Below, in pieces: positions 30,835-40,962 of a stretch of 64,000 bases of DNA. The translations under genes were made by a program, and so were the position numbers. The notes under the pieces were generated by a model. That model made no database searches and was not told where the DNA came from. It worked only from the letters and a program-made list of their open reading frames with translations. Position 1 is the first letter of the stretch; each line of letters begins with the position of its first letter. The stretch is taken from NCBI GenBank assembly GCA_965205015.1, contig OZ242029.1, positions 5,152,001 through 5,216,000 of the forward strand. Direction: 5' to 3'. Source of the stretch: Candidatus Poribacteria bacterium (GTDB lineage: Bacteria; Poribacteria; WGA-4E; WGA-3G).

Positions 30835-32196
30835 GTCACTTACCCCCATTTTTTTTCGAGAGTAGATTGTAGTTGATGTAGTCAGGTTTTTCTGTGAGAA
30901 AGTCAGTCAGTGAGTGGGTCCGAAAAGTGGATCCCCTCTGGCACCTATCTCGGTGAAAAAGGAGATAAGAAAGTGTTGGTTCCATAAGTCGGTGAGCACG
31001 CGTTTGATAATAGTAATAACAGAAAAAGTTTTTCTGTTATTACTATTATATGCCCTCTGCCAATGCGTAGAGGCGACCTTCTCGTAACTGATAAACAGCA
31101 ATCCATAAGCGAGGCAGGCACATAACCAAAGGACCTCCAGACGCGCTTGTGTCGGTTTTTTCAAGACGAGTTTACCAAATCCGAAGCACGACTTTATATC
31201 TCGAAACCCGTGTTCAATCTGCATGCGGCGTTTGTAGCAGTGATGTATCTGATGTCCACTGAGGCGATTGGAGATAAGATACATCGGGTCTTTGAAGGTC
31301 TCATCTCTGAGGATATAGAGTTGAAGCGGTATCTGCTCCTGCGCCTGATAAAGGATATGCCGATACCAGCCCGCTTCGAGGTCATCAAGTTTCTTCAGAC
31401 TCCCATCATGCCGGATACCGACATTTCTCGCAACACGCATCACGAACGGGATATCCCGTGCCTTGAGAAACTTGATGACGTATCGCGCACGCCCAAAACC
31501 ACGGTCAAACACCAGAACAGGTCGTTGTTGATGCCGCGACACCACCCCTAAAGCCTCTTGATAAACATGGACACAGAAGTATTGGATAATCTCATTATGA
31601 CTCTTATAGATACCCTCGTGAAGCTGGTGATCGCTATAGATGAACCAAAAGACAGGGATCGCACGATGCCGAAACGGGATCGAAACAACAAGGGCTTTCC
31701 ACCCGGCAATCAGAGACGTCTCATCAACGAGCAAATACAGATGAGCACCCGCATCCTTGAAAAACCAACCCACAACCGACACGAACCACGCTTCTTTGAG
31801 CGCATCAATCGGCAGTGGGGTGTCAAGGAAACGCAGAAACCTTTTCTGTTTCGACTTCTCCCGCTTGACGACGAGCGACAAACGCGACGCAACTTCATTG
31901 ATCCGAAACGTCGGGGCAACACTGATCGCTATCAAGACCAATACCAGATTCCGAAAAACCGGTTTTTTCATACCAACAGACTTGAAGATTTCTCCAAAAC
32001 GTGTTATCATCGTTTCTGGATTTACCCGTTTTGGGTATCTCTTTTTCATAAAATACCTCCTTACATGTTTTGTAAAATGCGTTTACAAACAGTTGCTGTA
32101 AGGAGGTATTTTATCATAAACCCACTGAGTTTCTCACACTTTTTACAACTAAAACCTTTCACCACAAACCTTCAGAAAAAAATGGGGGTAAGTGAC
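30835..32196 (-). mobile_element. IS4-family insertion sequence, copy 2 (1362 bp, 11-bp TSD TCGCATAAAAA)
   Basis: Same TIRs as copy 1; direct repeat at 30824-30834 and 32197-32207. Confidence 0.93.
30907..32049 (-). CDS. IS4-family DDE transposase (diverged paralog of 15954-17099)
   Basis: Near-identical protein; differs mainly at scattered sites and the C-terminus. Confidence 0.93.
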   Translation of the reverse strand: MKKRYPKRVNPETMITRFGEIFKSVGMKKPVFRNLVLVLIAISVAPTFRINEVASRLSLVVKREKSKQKRFLRFLDTPLPIDALKEAWFVSVVGWFFKDAGAHLYLLVDETSLIAGWKALVVSIPFRHRAIPVFWFIYSDHQLHEGIYKSHNEIIQYFCVHVYQEALGVVSRHQQRPVLVFDRGFGRARYVIKFLKARDIPFVMRVARNVGIRHDGSLKKLDDLEAGWYRHILYQAQEQIPLQLYILRDETFKDPMYLISNRLSGHQIHHCYKRRMQIEHGFRDIKSCFGFGKLVLKKPTQARLEVLWLCACLAYGLLFISYEKVASTHWQRAYNSNNRKTFSVITIIKRVLTDLWNQHFLISFFTEIGARGDPLFGPTH

Positions 32197-32239
32197 TCGC
32201 ATAAAAAAACTTGATTTCAATTTTCATTTTAAGTATAAT

Positions 32240-32424
32240 AACCGAAGTTGCTACCTTAGGAAACAGTCCTGTTTTCTCCATGTATTCATCCCCAGTGGGG
32301 CGACATCTATGTAGAAACGGTGTTTAAACCAAAGAATAAGCCCCAGCGGGGCGACATCTTTCTAAAATAGTACAAAGCATTTACAGAAAATTTCACATGA
32401 ACTCGTCCAGTGGCAACTTGGATT
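32240..32424. repeat. MITE-like element: outer inverted repeat AAGTTGCTAC/GTGGCAACTT with two internal direct copies of CCCCAG(T/C)GGGGCGACATCT
   Basis: Read directly at ~32245 and ~32410 (outer) and ~32290 and ~32341 (inner). Confidence 0.55.
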
Positions 32425-32514
32425 GTAATATGCTGAAAAAGAATCAATAATCTATTACTTTTCGGCGTGGTTTACGAGTCGAAACCTATCATAGAAAATT
32501 TGAAGGGAACAATT

Positions 32515-33291
32515 ATGGGAAGAAGAAGACGCTCCAGAGCGCAATATTTAAAGGGTGAATTGATTGAACGTGAAGACTTTTCTGAAGATTTAGCCGCGTT
32601 CAGATTCCGTGTTGATAAACAGTTGCCGTTCATACCCGGGCAATACGCTACGATCGGTTTTCAGGTTGGCGAAAAGATCGTCCAACGTCCGTATTCGATC
32701 GTCTCCTCACCGCACGAGCCGTTTATGGAGGTTTTCGTGGAGTTGGTGCCGGAGGGTGCGACGACTCCCCTGTTTTGGGAACTGAAATTGGGGGACAGCG
32801 TGTTTATTCGGGACCGTCTCGTTGGCAGGTTCGTCTTGGACACGGAAAGCGGGATGACACGCCACGTGATGGCGGGAACTGTCACGGGAGCTGCGCCGTA
32901 TATTAGTATTGCGCGGACGCAAAAGATTGAGCAGGAACAGGGTAAAGCGAGTCCGCATCAGATTTTAGCGATCGTCGGTGCGAGCCGTTCGTGGGAGCTT
33001 GGGTATTACATGGAGGAACTCAACGAACTCGCCGCGCAGGAAGAGTGGTTCACATTCGTTCCGACGGTGAGTCGTCCGTGGGAGGATCCGGAATGGCAAG
33101 GTGAGAGCGGACGTGCCGAAGATGTGGTTCGGAAGTATGGCGATCAACTCGGTTACGATCACACGAATGCGGTCGTCTATGCGTGTGGACACCCACAGAT
33201 GATCGAGAATGCGAAGGCGATCTGGGCGCGTGCGCGGTTCCCTGAAGAACGGATTAAAGAGGAAAAATTCTTCGTGATTAAAGAAGAGTAG
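32515..33291 (+). CDS. fpr: Ferredoxin/flavodoxin-NADP+ reductase
   Basis: FIPGQY, RPYSIVS, TVTG.APY.S, VYACGHPQMI, EKFF. Confidence 0.88.
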   Translation: MGRRRRSRAQYLKGELIEREDFSEDLAAFRFRVDKQLPFIPGQYATIGFQVGEKIVQRPYSIVSSPHEPFMEVFVELVPEGATTPLFWELKLGDSVFIRDRLVGRFVLDTESGMTRHVMAGTVTGAAPYISIARTQKIEQEQGKASPHQILAIVGASRSWELGYYMEELNELAAQEEWFTFVPTVSRPWEDPEWQGESGRAEDVVRKYGDQLGYDHTNAVVYACGHPQMIENAKAIWARARFPEERIKEEKFFVIKEE

Positions 33292-33436
33292 GTGCCACGT
33301 GAAGCGGCTCGTAATCTAACAGATTGCGCTACAGTCAAACTGCGTAAGTCCTGCTAAAATCAACCTCTTACCGAGAGTTGGATAGTTTCGGAAGATTTTG
33401 TTTGATTTCGTGTGTGCTTTGGGGTATAATTGCCAC

Positions 33437-33717
33437 ATGCCGTATTATGATGAGGTTTTCAAGCATGTTACGGGTAAGTTTCCGTATGAGTTGGCAGCGT
33501 TAGCGTTGAATACGTCGGAGGTTGAAGTCGGGGAGCGCCTCGGTACCGAACACACCACGGTTCAGAGTCATCATAGCGATATGACGTTTCATATCCGCTT
33601 GCCAGATGAAGAGGCGATCCTCCATATAGAAGCGCAAACCGACGACTCTACACATAGACCGATGCCGTTACGGATGTTGGCGTATTCGAGTTTCCTCGCC
33701 CTATATGGGAGGCAATC
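33437..33717 (+). pseudogene. N-terminal part of an Rpn-family PD-(D/E)XK nuclease, internally deleted and frameshifted
   Basis: YDEVFK, SD, LHIEAQT, MPLRMLAY. The middle of the protein is missing. TATAAT lies 6 bp before the ATG (leaderless-like). Confidence 0.75.
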
Positions 33718-33975
33718 ATGCAAGAATCTCCTTTTTACCAACAAGCGAAGCAACATTGGATTGAACAAGGAATTGAACAAGGAATTGAACAAGGGATTGA
33801 ACAAGGGGCTACACGCGCCACGCGCGAAGCTGTTCTCAAACTCTTGCAGCACCGATTTGGCGAAGTCCCCGAATCCATCACGAACCACATGATCGAACTC
33901 CGTCATATCTCACAGTTGGAAGCGTTCTTTGAAAAGGTGATGCAAGCAGAAACACTTGATGATATTCAATGGTGA
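33718..33975 (+). CDS. Rpn C-terminal small protein (RpnS/DUF4351-like)
   Basis: Own RBS GGGAGG 5 nt upstream; MQESPFYQ...(IEQG)x4...LLQHRFGEVP. Confidence 0.7.
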   Translation: MQESPFYQQAKQHWIEQGIEQGIEQGIEQGATRATREAVLKLLQHRFGEVPESITNHMIELRHISQLEAFFEKVMQAETLDDIQW

Positions 33976-34024
33976 AACAGCGGCACCGCGCGGATATAAT
34001 CAGTTTCGCGTAGTGCCGCTGTTT
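33974..34024. terminator. Long hairpin between convergent genes
   Basis: GAAACAGCGGCAC ... GTGCCGCTGTTTC. Confidence 0.55.
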
Positions 34025-34051
34025 CGCGTGGTAAGATGTTATTTCACGAAG

Positions 34052-35836
34052 TTAATTGTTGTTAGTTGTTTGTGATGTTATTTGGTCTATATCCCAAAGA
34101 AGAACGGTGCCATCTTCACTACCGCTAACAAGGGTTCCACTATCCTCGGAGAAGATAAGGGCGGTTATCTTGCGGGTATGCCGTGTATATATGCGGATCT
34201 CCCGGTTTTCCTCTGCTGCGTCAAAATCGAATAACCTAATTTTTCCTATCTTATCCCCAATTGCGAGAAAACGTCCAGTCTGAGAAAATGCTAATGCCGT
34301 AATGGCACTGAACGAACCTCTGTAATCCGATATCTCTCTGCCAGTAGAATCCCAACGTCGGATAGTTCCATTTTCTTCGCCGCTGAAAAGGTGGTTGCCA
34401 TCGGCGAAGAATGTCAATGCCGTAACCGTCCCTTGGGGACCTCTAAATCTGTTTAGCTCCGTGCTGTGCCGAACATCAAATAAATGGATCCTGCCATCTG
34501 CCCCGCCACTGGCAAGTGTGGTGTCTGCTGGTGAGAGTGCGAGTGCGGTGATACCGAGTGTATTCCCTGTCAGTGTTGCTATTAGGTTGTCTTCGTCGGA
34601 TTCGGAAATATTCGATACGAAAATGGTGCCGTCTTGGCTTCCGCCGCTCGCAAGGATTTTGCCATTCTTTGAGAAAGCGACTGCTTGTGCTAATCCTCTA
34701 TGGTCTTGGAGTTTAGAGAGCTGCTTACCTGTGCTGGCATCCCACAACCGAAGTTTGTTATCAAATCCAGTACCGCATGCGAGAATGCGGTTATCTTCTG
34801 TGTATGTCAATGCTTTAATTCCACCGGTATGTCCCGTGAGTGCTAACCGCTCTCGAAAGAGGCGCATGTCCCATAAGCGGACTGTTCCATCTAAACTGCC
34901 ACTGGCGAGAATAGTACCATCTGGCGATAATTCGATAGTTGGAACTATGTCGTTATGCCCTTCAAGGGTAGATGTAAGTTCGCGGGTGTGGGCGTTCCAT
35001 ACTCGAACTTTCTCATCTGCTCCACTGGTGGCGAAGTTGTGTCCATCCGGTGAGAAGTTAACTGCATAGAAGGGTGTGTTATGTTGTGTCGGTTCGGTAA
35101 GCCGACCTCCAGGGGCAACGAGGTCCCATAGTTGAATTGTGCCGTCCAAACTCGCGCTGATAAGAATTCTACTGTCCGGTGAGAAGTCAACTTCCCAGAC
35201 TGCGTCTGTATGTCCGTCAAACTCGTAGATTCGATCTCCGGTTCCAGCATCCCAAACCTGAATTGAACCGTCCTCACTTCCACCAGCTATCATCTGACTA
35301 TCTGACGAGAAGGCGACTGTGTTAATAGTGTCTCTATATGGCAAGATTGAGGTAAGTTCTTCAGTCTGAACATTCCACACTCGAATCGTGTTGTCAGTAC
35401 TGCCGCTGGCAAGCATGCTGCTGTCCGGTGAGAATGTGACAGCGTGGATTTCGCCTCTATGTCCTGTGAAAGTGGATCGTGGTCGACGGTTACCAGTGTT
35501 AACGTCCCATAACCTAACTGTCTGATCCCAGTGTGCTGCTGCGAGTATGGATCCCCTTGGGGAATATGATACGGCGTTAGCACCCCCCATAATTCCCGAT
35601 AATAGAACTTGTTCTTCTCCTGTCCGGACGTTATAAATCCAAACGCCAATAGTAGTTGCTACGGCTAACTGATCGCTGAAAGGAGAAAACTCTATATCAC
35701 GAACCCAACCTTTGCCAAAGCGGGCTTTCGCACCTGGCGGTAATTCCCATTGCGTAGAATTTTGTGCGAAAGTATCGGATAGGAATAGATTCGTGATTAA
35801 TAGGTATACGACGATTGATAAATAAATTTTTTTCAT
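34052..35836 (-). CDS. Secreted WD40-repeat protein
   Basis: Signal peptide; QWELPPGAKARFGKG; ~13 WD40 repeats; RBS AGGAG. Confidence 0.93.
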   Translation of the reverse strand: MKKIYLSIVVYLLITNLFLSDTFAQNSTQWELPPGAKARFGKGWVRDIEFSPFSDQLAVATTIGVWIYNVRTGEEQVLLSGIMGGANAVSYSPRGSILAAAHWDQTVRLWDVNTGNRRPRSTFTGHRGEIHAVTFSPDSSMLASGSTDNTIRVWNVQTEELTSILPYRDTINTVAFSSDSQMIAGGSEDGSIQVWDAGTGDRIYEFDGHTDAVWEVDFSPDSRILISASLDGTIQLWDLVAPGGRLTEPTQHNTPFYAVNFSPDGHNFATSGADEKVRVWNAHTRELTSTLEGHNDIVPTIELSPDGTILASGSLDGTVRLWDMRLFRERLALTGHTGGIKALTYTEDNRILACGTGFDNKLRLWDASTGKQLSKLQDHRGLAQAVAFSKNGKILASGGSQDGTIFVSNISESDEDNLIATLTGNTLGITALALSPADTTLASGGADGRIHLFDVRHSTELNRFRGPQGTVTALTFFADGNHLFSGEENGTIRRWDSTGREISDYRGSFSAITALAFSQTGRFLAIGDKIGKIRLFDFDAAEENREIRIYTRHTRKITALIFSEDSGTLVSGSEDGTVLLWDIDQITSQTTNNN

Positions 35837-35881
35837 ATAGCTCACTCCTTTTAAGATGATTGGTGCATGGGATAGAGGCTC

Positions 35882-36174
35882 CATAGGTGTCAATTTAGGA
35901 TTCCTTGTAGGTTGGGTTGAACGCTTCTGTGAGGTCTGATGCAGGCGACACAAATACAGGTCAAATCCAAGGTGTCTCATAGACACCCAAAAGCTGCGTG
36001 AAACCCAACTTCATATAAATATAGGGTGTGTCTTGAGGTGTTGGGTTTCGCTGTGGTATTAGGATGCTGACGCGTCTTGGGAACTTCGATTTTTTTTTCG
36101 AGTATAGGTACTTTGTTTTCATACTTCGCTCAACCCAACCTACGATGCAGCTTTTCCTAAAATTGACGGTTATG
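35882..36174. mobile_element. Non-autonomous element (293 bp) with CAT-starting TIRs, 19-bp flanking direct repeat and internal REP-like inverted pair
   Basis: CATAGGTGTCAATTTAGG ... CCTAAAATTGACGGTTATG; GTG(C/T)ATGGGATAGAGGCTC at 35863-35881 and 36175-36193; internal GTAGGTTGGGTTGA...TCAACCCAACCTAC. Confidence 0.75.
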
Positions 36175-36201
36175 GTGTATGGGATAGAGGCTCGCGTTGG
36201 G

Positions 36202-36408
36202 TTATGAAACGAGATTATTAATGGCATGACGGAGCCATTGGAAAAATCTATTGATGCCTCTCGGAAAACCCTCAGTAATTTCAGAGGATCCCTCCGGTGT
36301 CTCAGTTTGTAATTCCCCCCAACGTTTATGCGCGAGCCTTGAAATTTCCTCAAACGTGCCTTTCTCTTTGAGGTATTCCTCAAACTTGCTGCCATGATAT
36401 TTATTCAT
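36202..36408 (-). CDS. Small protein resembling the N-terminus of HigA-type antitoxins; HTH apparently lost
   Basis: MNKYHGSKFEEYLKEKG resembles the GSxF(D/E)xxLxExG start of antitoxins paired with Gp49-like toxins. TAATG coupling with the upstream remnant. Confidence 0.55.
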   Translation of the reverse strand: MNKYHGSKFEEYLKEKGTFEEISRLAHKRWGELQTETPEGSSEITEGFPRGINRFFQWLRHAINNLVS

Positions 36409-36571
36409 TATGACACACTCCCACTTCTTGATAGGTCTCTTCGTCTTCGAGCCAAACGTAAATCCTTTCGCGGTGTCCTTCTCGACTCCTTCCTTCTTCG
36501 CCCAAGTTGCTTAGCCATACTCGCACAGGTTCATTGCCTCGAGGGGTGCGAAAAAAAATAACATCAAGCAT
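36408..36571 (-). pseudogene. Internally deleted Gp49/DUF891 (RelE-like) toxin
   Basis: My translation: MLDVIFFRTPRGNEPVRVWLSNL..., then in a shifted frame RTPRKDLRLARRRR...stop. These are both termini of a Gp49-like toxin. Confidence 0.65.
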
Positions 36572-36699
36572 GAAATCCTCGTATAAAAAAAGGAGACGAA
36601 CAGATATTTTCGAGTATAAAGATTATAACACAACCTGGGATACTGAATCAAGGAAGCGGCGGGTCTGCAGGTATGGATACTCCTGATCCTTGATCGGAG

Positions 36700-38592
36700 T
36701 TAGTCAGTTATAAACTCTAAAAGTATGCGTGCAGGTTCATAATTCGGATATATTCTTAAAGCCTCATTGGTGGCTTTTCTCGCACATTCAAATTCGCCAA
36801 GTTCTAAACACGCGAGAGCGAGGTTGAAGTATGCCTCCTTAAACCGTTCATCAATATTTATTGCTTTTTTAAGTGCGTGTATCGCTTCAGTGTATTTTTC
36901 CTGTTTAATATAAACTACTCCTAAGTGGTTGTGTGCTTTTTTAAACTCTGGGTCAATATTTATGGCACTTCTGAATTCAATAATTGCTCTGTTGTATTGT
37001 TCTTCGTCAAAAAAAGTCCAACCGAGGCCGTAGTATCTCTGTTTTATTTTTAACAGAAGTGTGTGAGCGGATTCATAATTTGGATCGAGATTTAGGGCAT
37101 GTCTTGCCATTTCCGTTGCTTCTTCAAGTTCTCCACTTCCAAGATGGACGTAACCTTGGTCGACTAAGGGACCGGGATCTGAAACAGGTGGTGGCGGAGG
37201 GAGCGGAGGGAGTTCTAACTTTGGCATAACTATCTTTTTAATTTCCTGCATACGACTCAGCCATCCACGGTTCTTGACCTCATCACTGTCGGTATATTTC
37301 TCATTGGCTTCCTCTACTGTGTTGATGGCTAACTGACATTTGGATGTGTTACCAGGTGTTTTTGCCCAATCCACATATACTGAACTCAAGTGATAATAGG
37401 CTTCAATTGTGTACTCTCCGCTGCTATAATTTCCAATAAGTCTTTTGAAAGCACTCACCGATTTGTTGAATAGGCTTGAGTTCGTGAGAGCTGCTTCATG
37501 ATAGCAGCGACCCGCCCAATAGAGCGCGTAAACTATATCTTCGGCAGAGAGATTGTTATTGGTAAGCTTTTCATATATCTCGGCTGCCTCCAAGAATCGC
37601 TTTTCCTTCCGAAGAAGTCGGGCCTTTACAAAAAGTTCATCACTGGAACCGTGTTGTCTTTTTGGGTCTGCATATTCAGGGACGAGGTAAGTGCGATGGT
37701 ATGCCTCATGAAGTTCTATTGTTCGTTCTGCGTTGGTCGTGCTATACATGGCTGCTTCGTAGTACTCACGTGCCTTCACGTAATCCTCTGCCTCGAGGTA
37801 AATTTCTGCTTTTCCAATATAGGCATCAGTGATATATTCGCTTTCAGGGCACCGTGCGATAAGATCTGTATAACCTTGGTCTGCATCGTGGACTTTGCCT
37901 TGTCGTTGTAAATTAGAAGCGGCTTCATACATCGATTGGCACGAATCCGGCACAGGTAGGCGGGATTCATTACACAACAGAGTTAGTTCGGCAATGCGTC
38001 GTTCTGCTTCTGCTTTAAGTTCAGAGTGTGGAAATTCAGCAATAAGTTTTTGAAAAGTCTTACATGCTGTGTCATAATTTTGTTGTTCATAGTTAATTGC
38101 CCCAATAACATAAAGGGCATTCGGTGCCCACTGGCTGTTTGGAAATTGTTCTATTAGCCAAGAGAATTTGGAGTTCGCCTGATCGAGTTTCCCGATTTCG
38201 TAGAGGGTTTCTGCCCAAAGATACGTGAGTTCTTCTTGGTGTTTGACAACTTGTGCATCTAACACGACCTCTTCGATATACATGAGCGCGCTTTGATAAT
38301 GTCTCACGTCACTGCTATTCTCAGCGAGTTCATAGTAACATCGCGCGATTCTAAGATTAACGAGGGTGGTGAAGTCCTTGTCGATTTGTTCTGTTTTCGC
38401 ACCGAACTTTTTTGATTCCTTTAGTGCCTCCTTATATTTTACGATCGCGCCTTTATGATCTGAGCGTTCATATAATGCTTCGGCGGCTTCAAAAAGTCGT
38501 TCTACCTTTTGGGCACTTCCTAATACAAGCGGTGATAAGAGGGCAAGGACCAAGGCGACTCCACCGATGATACCCCAAATTCTGGTATTCAT
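36700..38592 (-). CDS. Membrane-anchored TPR protein (BamD/CpoB-like repeats)
   Basis: N-terminal TM; LIxxFPxS-type TPR units; Pro linker; C-terminal canonical TPRs. Confidence 0.9.
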   Translation of the reverse strand: MNTRIWGIIGGVALVLALLSPLVLGSAQKVERLFEAAEALYERSDHKGAIVKYKEALKESKKFGAKTEQIDKDFTTLVNLRIARCYYELAENSSDVRHYQSALMYIEEVVLDAQVVKHQEELTYLWAETLYEIGKLDQANSKFSWLIEQFPNSQWAPNALYVIGAINYEQQNYDTACKTFQKLIAEFPHSELKAEAERRIAELTLLCNESRLPVPDSCQSMYEAASNLQRQGKVHDADQGYTDLIARCPESEYITDAYIGKAEIYLEAEDYVKAREYYEAAMYSTTNAERTIELHEAYHRTYLVPEYADPKRQHGSSDELFVKARLLRKEKRFLEAAEIYEKLTNNNLSAEDIVYALYWAGRCYHEAALTNSSLFNKSVSAFKRLIGNYSSGEYTIEAYYHLSSVYVDWAKTPGNTSKCQLAINTVEEANEKYTDSDEVKNRGWLSRMQEIKKIVMPKLELPPLPPPPPVSDPGPLVDQGYVHLGSGELEEATEMARHALNLDPNYESAHTLLLKIKQRYYGLGWTFFDEEQYNRAIIEFRSAINIDPEFKKAHNHLGVVYIKQEKYTEAIHALKKAINIDERFKEAYFNLALACLELGEFECARKATNEALRIYPNYEPARILLEFITD

Positions 38593-38607
38593 TACTATCT
38601 CCTTGTT

Positions 38608-40800
38608 CTACCGTTCTGTGTCAAAAATCCTGAGGAGCAAATTTTGGGTTACTGGTCTCGTTCCATTCTGCGCGAGTAATTTGATTGTTAAGGATACTTC
38701 TTGGGTTCCTGCATTCCTATCTGCTGCAATAGGAATTGTAATCTTTTCTTCGCCGTTTTCGCTTACTTGCGGAATAGGTGCGGGGAGTTCATAGTTTATT
38801 CTGTCTCCAGACTGTGGTTGAAGTTGGATTTTGACATTATGTGCCGTGCCACCGCTGTTTTTGATTGTCAATGTGAGTTTTATTGTTTTACCTGCCAAGA
38901 GATGGGCGCTACTTAAAGATGCATCTATTGAGAGATTTGGAGGCGTAAGAGGGTGATCCGTAGTCCTTGATTCCCTCTTTGATTTTGCTGTTGAATCATC
39001 TCTGCCTCCGTCTGTATTGATAATTTCAAAAATAAAAAAGACAACTATAGCAACGATGCCTAAGACAATGGCATAGGATAGTCCTTTTTTCCAAAATCTC
39101 CGGCGGCGCAGACTTCTTTCAGCAACCTTTATTGCTGTGAGCAGTTCGTGTATCAGTTGGCGATCGGCTTTGAGTCTGGACGCTTCTTCCGCTGACGTTT
39201 TTGCGTCATCAAGTGCACCCATTTCCAGATAAGCGACCCCTAAACCGTAGTGGGCATCTGCAAAGTTCGGATCTGTCTTTATCACTCTTTTGAATGCAGC
39301 AGCGGCTTCGTTATACTGCTTATTATTGAGGAACGCCTCTCCCCGTTCGTAGTATTTTTTTACATCGGATGCGTTTGCGGAAGGAACAGTTGACTGCGTA
39401 GTTTGAGATGGCCTCGCCTGTTTAATATCGTCCAGAAGTTGGCGCGCAGGTTGGGAGTTCGCATCAATCCTTAACGCTGCGTTCACTGCATTTTCTGCGT
39501 CATCGAGTTGTCCCATTTCGAGATAGACTTCGCCTGAACTTGTGTGCGCCGCTACGAAATCTGGATCCAGGTCTACCACTTTTTGGAACTCCGCGAGTGC
39601 CTCCGTATACATTTTCGAGTCTCGGTAAGCGATACCGAGTTCATAGTGCGTTTCCTGTCTCGGTTTTGCAGCGGGTTGTTGCTGTATAGGTTGTTCCGGT
39701 TCTGGAGGCGTAACAACCTGTGTCTCAGAAGGTGTGAAACTCGGATCGATGGCTTCCAGAAGCGAACGTGCGGGTTGATAGTTTGGGTCCAGTTTCAACG
39801 CTTCTCTTGCGGCATCCCGCGCTTTTCCGAGTTCCTGCTGTCCGAGGTAGGCAAGCGCAAGCGAGTGGTACGCAACTTTGTAGCTACCATCTAAGGCGAT
39901 CGTCCTCTCGAGCGCATCTACGGCGCGGGAGTAGGTTTCCATTTTGAGATAGGTTAACCCCAAGTTGTAGTGTGCAGTGGTGAAATCGGGGTCGAGGGTG
40001 GTAGCGTTCTGAAAAGCTGTAACGGCTTCGCTATAGCGTTCATCGTTGAGGTAGGTGATGCCTCTGTTGTAGTGCGCTTGTTTTATCGCGTTTGCGAGTT
40101 CCTGCGCGCGTTGATAATTGGGGTCGAGCCTTAAGGTCTCTGTGAGGGCATGTGTTGCGGCTTCCAAATTGCCTAATTCTCGGTGGGCGTGGGCGAGGTG
40201 ATAGTGGGCGCGTTTGAGATTCGGGGCACTCGCTATGGCACGCTCAAGATGTGGTAGTGCTTGGTCGTAGGATCCCTGTTCGACGTAAGCATAGCCGAGG
40301 TTATAGTGTGCATCAACGAGATCGGCATCTAAAGCGATCGCGTTTTGTAGGGCGTTGATCGCCTCCTGATACGCCTTTAGTCTAATGTAAGCGGCACCGA
40401 GGTGTACATAGATATGCTTATTTTCAACATCGGAGACTTGTGAACCGCGCGCCAAGTCTGCATTAAGGGTTAACCCTTTCTGGAATATAGAGGCGGCTTC
40501 AACGTAGCGTTCGGTGTTGAGATATTCTTTGCCTCTGTCGTAGTGTGCTTGTATTAAAGTGTCACACAACAGCAGCGCGGGTTGGTAAGTGGCATCCAGT
40601 TTTAACGCCGCTCTGACTGAGGTGCTGGCTTTCTCTAATTCGTTCTGTTCGAGATACGCGCGGCAGAGCGCGCAGTGTGCACCAATGAAATCCGCATCCA
40701 ACTTTATGGCTGCTTCAAACTCAGGAACGGCTCTGTCGTATTGCCCCGCCTCCAGATAAGCGATACCGAGATTATAGTGTGCCTCTTTTATAGCGTCCAT
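38608..40800 (-). CDS. TPR-repeat protein with TM helix and C-terminal Ig-like domain
   Basis: Many AHYNLG.AY repeats; TM (SYAIVLGIVAIVVFFIF); LTLTIKNSGG.A.NV beta-sandwich. Confidence 0.9.
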   Translation of the reverse strand: MDAIKEAHYNLGIAYLEAGQYDRAVPEFEAAIKLDADFIGAHCALCRAYLEQNELEKASTSVRAALKLDATYQPALLLCDTLIQAHYDRGKEYLNTERYVEAASIFQKGLTLNADLARGSQVSDVENKHIYVHLGAAYIRLKAYQEAINALQNAIALDADLVDAHYNLGYAYVEQGSYDQALPHLERAIASAPNLKRAHYHLAHAHRELGNLEAATHALTETLRLDPNYQRAQELANAIKQAHYNRGITYLNDERYSEAVTAFQNATTLDPDFTTAHYNLGLTYLKMETYSRAVDALERTIALDGSYKVAYHSLALAYLGQQELGKARDAAREALKLDPNYQPARSLLEAIDPSFTPSETQVVTPPEPEQPIQQQPAAKPRQETHYELGIAYRDSKMYTEALAEFQKVVDLDPDFVAAHTSSGEVYLEMGQLDDAENAVNAALRIDANSQPARQLLDDIKQARPSQTTQSTVPSANASDVKKYYERGEAFLNNKQYNEAAAAFKRVIKTDPNFADAHYGLGVAYLEMGALDDAKTSAEEASRLKADRQLIHELLTAIKVAERSLRRRRFWKKGLSYAIVLGIVAIVVFFIFEIINTDGGRDDSTAKSKRESRTTDHPLTPPNLSIDASLSSAHLLAGKTIKLTLTIKNSGGTAHNVKIQLQPQSGDRINYELPAPIPQVSENGEEKITIPIAADRNAGTQEVSLTIKLLAQNGTRPVTQNLLLRIFDTER

Positions 40801-40962
40801 TTGCTTGAGAAAGAAGAAGGTTGTTTTCAGGTTAATTTTAGTCGTATTTTATCAGATATGCTTTAATGTTGCAAACAAAAATCTTGAGCGCAGTTCAATT
40901 TTGCGGTATAATGGCGTTGTGGTTCTACGGGTAAACGACACGCACCTTGACTGGGGCTCTCT

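Noticed and set aside
15808-32196. Composite transposon formed by the two inverted IS4 copies
   Set aside because: Each copy has its own distinct target duplication, the copies have diverged, and the interval holds core genes (argH, pyrF, glcB). These are independent insertions.
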